Shown one piece after another: positions 36,702-44,534 of a stretch of 63,031 bases of DNA. The first letter of the stretch is position 1. Every line of letters starts with the position of its first letter. The stretch is from the IMG/VR virus record IMGVR_UViG_3300031695_000005, positions 1-63,031 of that record; one strand, given 5' to 3'. The DNA is from a virus. Its lineage: Duplodnaviria; Caudoviricetes. The position numbers were made by a program, and so were the translations under genes. Under the pieces are notes generated by a model. It made no database searches and was not told the origin of the DNA. It saw only the letters and a list, made by a program, of their open reading frames with translations.

Positions 36702-37940
36702 TTAGAAAATCTTTCCTTTGGATTTTTTATTAGTAATAAATGACATATCATTGTTATCATCATCTTTATCACCTTTAAAGAAACTTGCCTTAAATGCAGA
36801 GTTATCATCACCATCATACTCTGTACCTTCTACTATTTTTTTCATAGTTGATACATTAGGTAATTTTAATTCATTAATGTTTATTTTAGATTCTACTGAT
36901 TTAAACATTTCATCCAAAATACCTTCTGGTATAGTATGAGAACTAAGTACCATTAGATTAACATTGGATTTAAGATTAGTTATAATCTGTTCTCTGCTCA
37001 TATGTTTAGCTTTCATATGTCTAATAGTTATATTTGCTAAATCAGTAATATAACCTTCTTCATATAAATACATATGAGATAATGTACCATGCTTTTGTTT
37101 GAATTCATTTATAATAGCAGTTGCTTTACCTTCACTAATACCATATCTTCTTGATTTTCCATTTTTAGGAGTAGAGATATGCCAATAAGCAGGTGGAACA
37201 TTATCACCTGAATCACCAGTTAGAACTTTACGAAAACGGAATTCCTCTGGATCTACTTCTATTACAGAAACTTTCTTTTTAGCAATTATTGATGATAATA
37301 ATTTTTTAGATTGAGCTTCTGGTGTAGATGAAGATTTTAATACATCAAATATATCTTTAGAGGTTTCTTCTTCTTTGGTAGTAAGCCATTCAGAAAAACC
37401 TTGATATGTATACATTTTTTTATGAGCCGGTGAAAATAAGATTGTATGAGTACTGTTTGTTTTACTTCTGTTTACCAGTTGAACTAAATCTCTATCACCA
37501 GTAAACATAATAACTGATTTGTCATTTGCTAATGATTCAGTATTCCATGCATACATAAGATCATCTCCTTCTGCGCCATCTATTTTAGAATAGATAACAC
37601 CTTGTTTAATAAGTAGCTGAGTAAATTCTTCTGTAACTTTAGAAAAGTTTTTCCAATTAATTGAACTATCTTGTTTACGATTACCTTTATATTCTGCATC
37701 TGGATAAAAATCCTTTCTCCATGACCTTGAATCAATAGTCCACACTACCTTATCTATAAGTCCTTCGAATAATCTAATCTGATATGCAAAGTCAGTTGCC
37801 AGCTTTCTCATAAAAACGATTGCGTCTTCATCAGTACCTAGCATTTCATCTTTTTTGGATTTTCTTGGTAAAACGTATAATGTTCTAAAAAGAAAATAAT
37901 TACCGTCTATTACGAATGTATGCCTTCCTGTTTTTCTCAT
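36702..37940 (-). CDS. rnh: 5'-3' exonuclease / T4 RNase H (FEN family)
   Basis: IDGN, SWRK..YPDAEYKGNR, EGDD, GDRDLVQL and GDSGDNVP. Confidence 0.92.
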   Translation of the reverse strand: MRKTGRHTFVIDGNYFLFRTLYVLPRKSKKDEMLGTDEDAIVFMRKLATDFAYQIRLFEGLIDKVVWTIDSRSWRKDFYPDAEYKGNRKQDSSINWKNFSKVTEEFTQLLIKQGVIYSKIDGAEGDDLMYAWNTESLANDKSVIMFTGDRDLVQLVNRSKTNSTHTILFSPAHKKMYTYQGFSEWLTTKEEETSKDIFDVLKSSSTPEAQSKKLLSSIIAKKKVSVIEVDPEEFRFRKVLTGDSGDNVPPAYWHISTPKNGKSRRYGISEGKATAIINEFKQKHGTLSHMYLYEEGYITDLANITIRHMKAKHMSREQIITNLKSNVNLMVLSSHTIPEGILDEMFKSVESKININELKLPNVSTMKKIVEGTEYDGDDNSAFKASFFKGDKDDDNNDMSFITNKKSKGKIF

Positions 37941-37955
37941 TGTATTAGTATTTAA

Positions 37956-37987
37956 TATAATAATAACAAATTTTAGTTATTACTGAA
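37956..37987 (-). promoter_or_regulatory. Putative early promoter
   Basis: TTCAG-N12-TTTGT-TATTAT-TATA. Confidence 0.55.
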
Positions 37988-38128
37988 AGTAGATTTTAAT
38001 GTTTTTTCTTCGCATTCTTCTTTTGTTAGTTTATTCTTTCTTAAGTAATAATAGTTACTAACAGCTTGTCCTAATTGATAATGATTAGGAAACTTTTTTA
38101 TTAATGCTTCTAGGAATTGTGATCTCAT
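37973..38128 (-). CDS. Small hypothetical protein (51 aa, not in the ORF track)
   Basis: MRSQFLEALIKKFPNHYQLGQAVS...; ATGA overlap with the clamp loader stop. Confidence 0.55.
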   Translation of the reverse strand: MRSQFLEALIKKFPNHYQLGQAVSNYYYLRKNKLTKEECEEKTLKSTFSNN

Positions 38129-39087
38129 GCTCCATTTAATATTGATTGCAGTTCATAAATACATGCAAGCATTGATACCGCAGGATCTATTACTTGTTGT
38201 CTTTGTGATTGGTACTTAGCTACTGTTATAATTATTTGTGGAATAAACTGAATGTATGATTGTCTTTCTTGTTGAACAAATTCTATAAACTCTGCACCTA
38301 GAGAAGATAAAACATCATCAGATCTATTTGCATAATTTGATAACATATATTGATAATTTTTTACTGGATCTGTCCCATCTATAACTAAATCATAAATATC
38401 TCTATAAACCGAACTAAATTGTTTTATATCATCAACAGTTATTGTATCTTTACCTTGTGATTGAAAACCTTGTAACTGATTAAGCATATTTCTTAAATCA
38501 GGAAATTTTCTTTTTACTAACTCTACAGCTGCATGTTTGTCTATACCAATTTCTTCATCCTTACAGATTTTCAGAATCCTCATAATGTAACTTTTCATTA
38601 TTTCAGTTTCTTCTTCTTTAGAAAAATCAAAATCAATCATTTCAAATCTTGATTGAATTGGATCTGGTACTTTATTAATATAATTACATGTTGCCACGAA
38701 TCTTGCATTTGTTGCAAATTGATCCATAGTAGCTCTTAATGCTTTAAAGAATTGATCAGATACACCGTCAATCTCATCTAATATAATTACTTTTAGTTTT
38801 CCTGGCTCATCCATTATAGAACGATTAGCACAGAAGTCAGTTATTCTATTTCTTACAACATCTACAGAAGTATCGGTTGATGCATTAATATAAAGATATG
38901 GATGTTTAAAATGTTTTACTAAAACTTTAGCAGCAGATGTCTTACCTGTACCTGGACTACCGTGTAATAATAAATGTTGATAAACGCCCTTACTCAATTT
39001 CTCACCTACTCTTTTAGGTGTTATTAAATCTTCTAATGCCTTTGGGCGATATTTTTCTGTAAGTAAAATGTTTTGTATATTCCGCAT
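38125..39087 (-). CDS. Clamp loader large subunit (gp44/RFC-like)
   Basis: EKYRP, GSPGTGKT, INAS, LDEID, TCNY and SRF. Confidence 0.95.
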   Translation of the reverse strand: MRNIQNILLTEKYRPKALEDLITPKRVGEKLSKGVYQHLLLHGSPGTGKTSAAKVLVKHFKHPYLYINASTDTSVDVVRNRITDFCANRSIMDEPGKLKVIILDEIDGVSDQFFKALRATMDQFATNARFVATCNYINKVPDPIQSRFEMIDFDFSKEEETEIMKSYIMRILKICKDEEIGIDKHAAVELVKRKFPDLRNMLNQLQGFQSQGKDTITVDDIKQFSSVYRDIYDLVIDGTDPVKNYQYMLSNYANRSDDVLSSLGAEFIEFVQQERQSYIQFIPQIIITVAKYQSQRQQVIDPAVSMLACIYELQSILNGA

Positions 39088-39160
39088 GAATTGATTTATT
39101 TTTATATGGTAAAGATAGTGAGTTGTTTACACTGAAATAAATATAAAAATAGCAAACTCA

Positions 39161-39985
39161 ATGCAAAGGAATAGAAGGTCTATTAAAAAGATTATACAAG
39201 AGCCAAGAGCTATACAGCATAATAGCAATGTTCATCGTAGGGAAATTATAAATAATCCTACTAAACCTGTATCTATACCACCTACTCATATAAACAACCC
39301 TAGGCATGTAATACCGGTACAAAATTCATCTAGTAACAAAATAACATATAATAGTATTCCTAGGAAATTTGAAGGAGAAACTATTTATTTAATTGGAGGT
39401 GGGCCATCTTTAAGAGATTTTAATTTTAATTTATTAAAAGGATCAAAAACTATTGCAATTAATAAAGCAATTCTTTTTTATCCAAATGCTGATGTTTTAT
39501 TTTGGACAGATACAAGATTTTATAATTGGCATAAAAATGAAGTAGATAATTATAAAGGTTTAAAGTTTACACTTAGACCTAGTAGTCAATATACTGAAGA
39601 TATTAATTTATTAAAGAAAGGCAAGCCTCATGGTTTGGAATTAGATGATCAAACACTAGCTCATGGTAATAATAGTGGATATGCTGCAATTAATCTGGCT
39701 TTTCACTTAGGAGCAAGACGTATAATTTTATTAGGATTTGATATGGGTAATCATATGGAGAATAATAAATTAATTACTCACTTCCACGATGGCTATCCTT
39801 CAAAGGCTGCACCTGATCATGTTTATAAAGATAAGTTCTTGCCTGGGTTTTCAGAATTAAAATCAGAACTTAATGATTTTAGTAATTTAAAAGGTTTAGG
39901 AATAACTGTATTAAATGCATCTCCTTATAGTAAATTAAATGTATTTCCTAAAATTACAATAGAGCAAGCTTTAAGCTTTAGATGA
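39161..39985 (+). CDS. DUF115/Maf/CstII-like transferase, paralogue of the N-terminal domain of 1525..3057
   Basis: IGGGPSL, IAINKA, NNSGYAAINLAFHLGARRIILLGFDM and HFHDGY; AATAAATA late motif at 39136..39143. Confidence 0.8.
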   Translation: MQRNRRSIKKIIQEPRAIQHNSNVHRREIINNPTKPVSIPPTHINNPRHVIPVQNSSSNKITYNSIPRKFEGETIYLIGGGPSLRDFNFNLLKGSKTIAINKAILFYPNADVLFWTDTRFYNWHKNEVDNYKGLKFTLRPSSQYTEDINLLKKGKPHGLELDDQTLAHGNNSGYAAINLAFHLGARRIILLGFDMGNHMENNKLITHFHDGYPSKAAPDHVYKDKFLPGFSELKSELNDFSNLKGLGITVLNASPYSKLNVFPKITIEQALSFR

Positions 39986-40462
39986 TTTCTTTGCATAAGT
40001 CATAAACTCTCTCTGTTCTTTCTTAAGGAGGTGTTTACAGTGTTTAGTAAATTTGATAGATGTATCTATAATTCTACCGTCAACACTTCTGTTCCGTGAG
40101 TTATGGGCTTTGGTACATTTGCTGCAAACAAAATTTTCTACCTTTTTAGAATCCATTCTTGATTTAATAGGAGCTTTACAAATTCCGCAATTCCATTTAA
40201 TTAAATCAGCATCTTTTTCTATTTCCTTAAGAGTAGTAAAAGTTTCTCTAAAAGGATTCCATATAGCTTTATTAACATTCTTTTCATGACCATTCATATC
40301 TTCTACTTTAAATATAACTTCAAATGCTTGTGTATCAGAATTTAACCATTTCATATGACGGTTATTTAAAAGTAATTTTTGTTTTAATGGTGGTAAGTTT
40401 TCTAAAAGAATACCATATCTTCTTTTATACCATCCAAAATTTATTTTACGAACCTTATACAT
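39971..40462 (-). CDS. Basic Zn-finger protein
   Basis: CGIC...CSKC. Confidence 0.6.
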   Translation of the reverse strand: MYKVRKINFGWYKRRYGILLENLPPLKQKLLLNNRHMKWLNSDTQAFEVIFKVEDMNGHEKNVNKAIWNPFRETFTTLKEIEKDADLIKWNCGICKAPIKSRMDSKKVENFVCSKCTKAHNSRNRSVDGRIIDTSIKFTKHCKHLLKKEQREFMTYAKKSSKA

Positions 40463-41462
40463 CTTTACGTCTAATACTTCTAATAGGGTATCTTGTTTTA
40501 TTTTCTGGCCATTCTACAACACCGTCCTTAAAATAATAGACATGAGATCTTTCTTCAGGCTCTACTAAATTTTCTGCTTGGAATAACCACAAATGATAAT
40601 ATTTTTCATAATTACTCAAATGGCAAATTTGGCTAAACCAATTAACACTGCTTAACCTACCTAAAAGATATTTAGATTTCATAAGTATAAGTAAATCTAA
40701 AACAGCATCTTGATAAAATAGCGGATCACGAAATGCAGCCTGTAAACTATTTACCCCACCACCTTGATATTCTTTTGTAGAAATATCATTAGAAGATTCA
40801 TTTAGATATTTACTATCTCGCCATACAAGTTTTTGTTTTTCATTAGAAAATTCTTTTTGTAGTAATAATGCATCTTCTCTGTTATCTGTAGCTACATAAA
40901 TATATTCCACTTCAGGATTTTCAGAAAGTGCTTTTTTAATAAGTTCTTTATATTTTTCAAATGCTTCCTTATTGTAATCTTTAAATAATTGAATTTTACC
41001 CCCTTCAGATAGATTATCGTCTGACTCTTCTCTTATTTTACTTACAGTATTAATATCAGTCATTCTTAAATGAATTCCTAAAACATTGTTAGAATTATTA
41101 AAATTATTCTCATAGAATAAATTTGCCTTTTCTATAAGCTCAGGTTTAAACTTTATTTGTTTAGAAGTTTTACGAGCAAGTTTCATATAGGAAGCTAAAT
41201 CTTCGTAATACATAACATGAGCATTTGTATATGGTCCTTGAAAATCTTTTTGATCTTGGAATAGGATAGGGTCTTGATCAATTATATTATCAAAAAAGTT
41301 ATGGTGTGATAGAGCCATAGATGAAATAGACCCACTAGTATCTGTAACCGGTCTAATAGAAAAATAAGGTTGACTTATATAAGCATCTCTCATAAGGTAT
41401 TCCATTAATATCATAAAGTGAGAAAATATACCACCCCCACCAGTTCTAATAATTTGCTTCAT
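40455..41462 (-). CDS. NodZ/GT23-like or O-fucosyltransferase
   Basis: GGGIFS, LGIHLRMTD, IYVATDN and DLLILMKSKYLLGRLSSV. Confidence 0.8.
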   Translation of the reverse strand: MKQIIRTGGGGIFSHFMILMEYLMRDAYISQPYFSIRPVTDTSGSISSMALSHHNFFDNIIDQDPILFQDQKDFQGPYTNAHVMYYEDLASYMKLARKTSKQIKFKPELIEKANLFYENNFNNSNNVLGIHLRMTDINTVSKIREESDDNLSEGGKIQLFKDYNKEAFEKYKELIKKALSENPEVEYIYVATDNREDALLLQKEFSNEKQKLVWRDSKYLNESSNDISTKEYQGGGVNSLQAAFRDPLFYQDAVLDLLILMKSKYLLGRLSSVNWFSQICHLSNYEKYYHLWLFQAENLVEPEERSHVYYFKDGVVEWPENKTRYPIRSIRRKDV

Positions 41463-41489
41463 ACTTGTTTATTTTAATAGGATTTTTAT

Positions 41490-41555
41490 TTAACAGTTAC
41501 AACATGTACAATCACATGATGAACCACAGTTACATACTTTACAATCGCATTTCAT
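41490..41555 (-). CDS. Metallothionein-like micro-protein (21 aa, 9 Cys)
   Basis: Translates to MKCDCKVCNCGSSCDCTCCNC*; fills the intergenic gap and has an AT-rich leader. Confidence 0.7.
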   Translation of the reverse strand: MKCDCKVCNCGSSCDCTCCNC

Positions 41556-41569
41556 ATTAATAATTATTT

Positions 41570-42430
41570 TTACAGGTTTGGTCTTAATCTTGCAAATTTC
41601 TCAGATACAGATTCTACTAAAGGTTCTACTGATTCGCCATACTGTTTATCTGCTATTGGTTTTAATTTCTTTTTTAATAACTTTTCTTCCGTAGCAGCAT
41701 TAGTTCTATCTTCAGTTGCTTGTTGTATTTTAGTTGAGATAGCATCTACTTCAGTTTGTGATGATCTACCTGTATTTTGATTATCTTGCGCTAACTTTAA
41801 TTCAGCTTTAAATTTTTCTATAGTCTTAGATGCATCAGCTTGTATTTTATCTTGTGACTTAATCTTATCTTCTAATTGAGCAATCTTATTCTCAGCTTGA
41901 TCATCTTTTTTCTTAGGAGCATCATCTACTTTAGTTTCTGGTTCAGATTTAGTATCTTTCTTTTTAGCAGCAGTAGATTCAAAATCCTTTATACCACCAG
42001 CTAATTCAATTGCCTTTTTATTTAATTCAGTTTGTTTTACCTTTAATTGCTTAGCTTCTTCACCAGTAGCAGACTTAAGTATAGTTTTATTAGCAGCAAG
42101 AGCAGCCTTTGCTTTTGCAAGAGATGAAACCTTTTTTAATATAGGTGATGATGCTAAAGTATCCATTCTATCACTAACACCTTTGGCAACATCTTTAAGT
42201 GCTGTATTCTTGGCAGCATTAGCCTTTGTTAATACAGCATTCTTTTCTGGATCTTTTATTGAAGATTTTTGTTTCTTTTTCTCAAAATTAACATCATTGA
42301 GAGCAACTGCTACTTTAGCCTTTACTAGCTTTTTAGCATTATTCTTAATCTTTACGTATTTAATAGGACTTTTTAATACATCCATTATTCCTTCATTTAC
42401 AAATTCAGAATATGTTTTTAATTTTGCCAT
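41570..42430 (-). CDS. Lys/Ala-rich coiled-coil internal head protein with a capsid-targeting-like leader
   Basis: MAKLKTYSEFVNE leader; late promoter at 42456..42463; follows the major capsid gene. Confidence 0.65.
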   Translation of the reverse strand: MAKLKTYSEFVNEGIMDVLKSPIKYVKIKNNAKKLVKAKVAVALNDVNFEKKKQKSSIKDPEKNAVLTKANAAKNTALKDVAKGVSDRMDTLASSPILKKVSSLAKAKAALAANKTILKSATGEEAKQLKVKQTELNKKAIELAGGIKDFESTAAKKKDTKSEPETKVDDAPKKKDDQAENKIAQLEDKIKSQDKIQADASKTIEKFKAELKLAQDNQNTGRSSQTEVDAISTKIQQATEDRTNAATEEKLLKKKLKPIADKQYGESVEPLVESVSEKFARLRPNL

Positions 42431-42477
42431 GATCTATTATTGTTTTTAATTGTTTTATATATTTAAGCTATAAGAAC

Positions 42478-42506
42478 AAAAAAGCCACTCCGAAGAGTGG
42501 CTTTTT
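42478..42506 (-). terminator. Intrinsic terminator after the major capsid gene
   Basis: Minus strand AAAAAGCCACTC-TTCG-GAGTGGCTTTTTT, a UUCG tetraloop hairpin. Confidence 0.9.
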
Positions 42507-42532
42507 ATATAAAATATTACTATTGGTTCAAA

Positions 42533-44425
42533 TTATACAATCTGAGCACCACCAGCGAACGTAAAGTTCATTGTGTAATACATTAATTCAGGATTAAATC
42601 CAGCATCTACTAAAGCGAATCTTGATTTAACTGCAATTTTAGGAGCCATAGTTCCTTCAGCAATTGTTTCAACTGATTCAGCCATTAAGTAAGGCATAAA
42701 TACAATACCAGGAGAATTACCATCACCTTTACGTCCTACACAAATTGTATAGTCATTAAAAGCTCTGTTAGGATCTACATAAATTGTTACCCCAGCAATT
42801 GCACCGATTGGATATAAAGATCCACCAGCTTGGTTAACTGTATTAGATAACGGATATGCAATAAATCCAGCTACAGATTGAAGAGCAGTTGCCATTTCTC
42901 CACCTGTTACTGCAAACGTTGCAGGTCCTCTTCTTCCTCTAGTAGCAATTAAGTTACTTGCAGCAAGAATTTTAGTATAGATTCTACGTTGTAGAGTTCC
43001 TTGTGTATTACCACCACCAGCAGTTACAGCACCTAGAACAGCAACAGTTGCAATAGCATTGTTGACGTTGTTAGGTCCTAAAGGTAGGGCAGCATTCGCG
43101 ACAGGTGCAGCAGCAGCAGTAAATGCTTCTGATAAAACAGTACCTGAGACAGCTTGAGTATTAACAGCGTTTGTTACACCGTTTCTAAATATTCTGTCTA
43201 GAATGTATTTGTTGATAGATTGAGTTAACTCATTTACCAATACTGCTTCAACTTGAGCTACAGCATCAATACCGAATTGCTTCAGATCTTGAACTTGTTC
43301 TCTAGTTACACCGGCAGCTACTTGGAAAGTATCAGCGGCAACAGATTTGTTAAATAAAGTTAATCCCATTATGTTATCAACAGTTGATTCACCTACACCT
43401 CTAAGGTAAGGATCGTTACTGTTCATACTCTCAGTTGCAAAACCAGGAGCACCAGCAGCAGGGTTGTTAGTTGGTTGAAAAGCATTACCAGAAAAACCAG
43501 TAATATGATCTTCTAACGCTTTAACATGTCCTAAACCAGAACCACCGTTTGCAGCAGTTTGGAAAGTACCAGCGATTCCCATAGTTGCAGAACCTACACC
43601 ACCCGTTTGGACAGCACCAGCAAAACCAGCTACAGCAGCACGAGTTGCACCAGCAGCAGGAGCAGCAGGCCATCCAGCAGCACCAGATCTAAAGAAATTA
43701 CCACCAGCAACAATTGCTACGTAAATTGATTCAGCAGCACCTTCACCACCTTGGGTAAATGTATTTGCTATACCATTAAATCCAGCAGCGTTGATTGCAG
43801 CAGTTGATGATCTTACTCTAAAGATAGCTAAACCATCGATTCTAGAATAACCTACAAAAGTTAATTCGTAAGAAGCACCATTTGTTGCAACTACACCAGA
43901 TGCAGTACAATAGATGATGTCATTTACTGTAAAGTTTGTTGCAGTACCTACAGCAGGAATTGCATTAACTTTAATTAGTAAAGAAGTACCTACTACGTCT
44001 TGACCTCCAGTTAGTGGAGCTCCAGTTGTTCTACCTCCACCATAAACAAAGTCTAGGTAAGTTAAAACGCCCATTGGGCCTTGCATTGGTACTACAGGAA
44101 CTAAGTCTAAACCTACAGTCTGTGCTGCTACTTGCATTGCAAGTGGTAACAAAGAAAAAGGTCTGTCACCAGATCCAGTTACTTGTGCAGGGAATGCATT
44201 CATTGATCCAGGATTTCCTGGTAATGTTGCGTTACCCATACTTTGAACATTCATGTTCGGGTTAAGGTGTACAGTATTGTAAACACTTTCATTAAGGTTA
44301 TGGTAATGGCAATACTTAGACATCCAAGCTAACTTAGATTTTTCAGTAATTCCAGTACTTTCCTCAATAACAGGTCCCCAAGTCTTTTGAACCTCAGCCT
44401 CATTGATTAATTGATTTGCGTACAT
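42533..44425 (-). CDS. Major capsid protein (gp23-like)
   Basis: DLVPVVPMQGPMG, QDLKQFGIDA, NELTQSIN, YVDP, FMPY and KSRFAL. Confidence 0.93.
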   Translation of the reverse strand: MYANQLINEAEVQKTWGPVIEESTGITEKSKLAWMSKYCHYHNLNESVYNTVHLNPNMNVQSMGNATLPGNPGSMNAFPAQVTGSGDRPFSLLPLAMQVAAQTVGLDLVPVVPMQGPMGVLTYLDFVYGGGRTTGAPLTGGQDVVGTSLLIKVNAIPAVGTATNFTVNDIIYCTASGVVATNGASYELTFVGYSRIDGLAIFRVRSSTAAINAAGFNGIANTFTQGGEGAAESIYVAIVAGGNFFRSGAAGWPAAPAAGATRAAVAGFAGAVQTGGVGSATMGIAGTFQTAANGGSGLGHVKALEDHITGFSGNAFQPTNNPAAGAPGFATESMNSNDPYLRGVGESTVDNIMGLTLFNKSVAADTFQVAAGVTREQVQDLKQFGIDAVAQVEAVLVNELTQSINKYILDRIFRNGVTNAVNTQAVSGTVLSEAFTAAAAPVANAALPLGPNNVNNAIATVAVLGAVTAGGGNTQGTLQRRIYTKILAASNLIATRGRRGPATFAVTGGEMATALQSVAGFIAYPLSNTVNQAGGSLYPIGAIAGVTIYVDPNRAFNDYTICVGRKGDGNSPGIVFMPYLMAESVETIAEGTMAPKIAVKSRFALVDAGFNPELMYYTMNFTFAGGAQIV

Positions 44426-44534
44426 TATTTAAAATTATTTTTCGCATTTTGTGAAACATATCTTTTATGTTTCGTTTTATAATCGCCTGAGCTCTTTTCT
44501 TCTTAGCTATTCGATTAATATTGTTTAGATTAAG

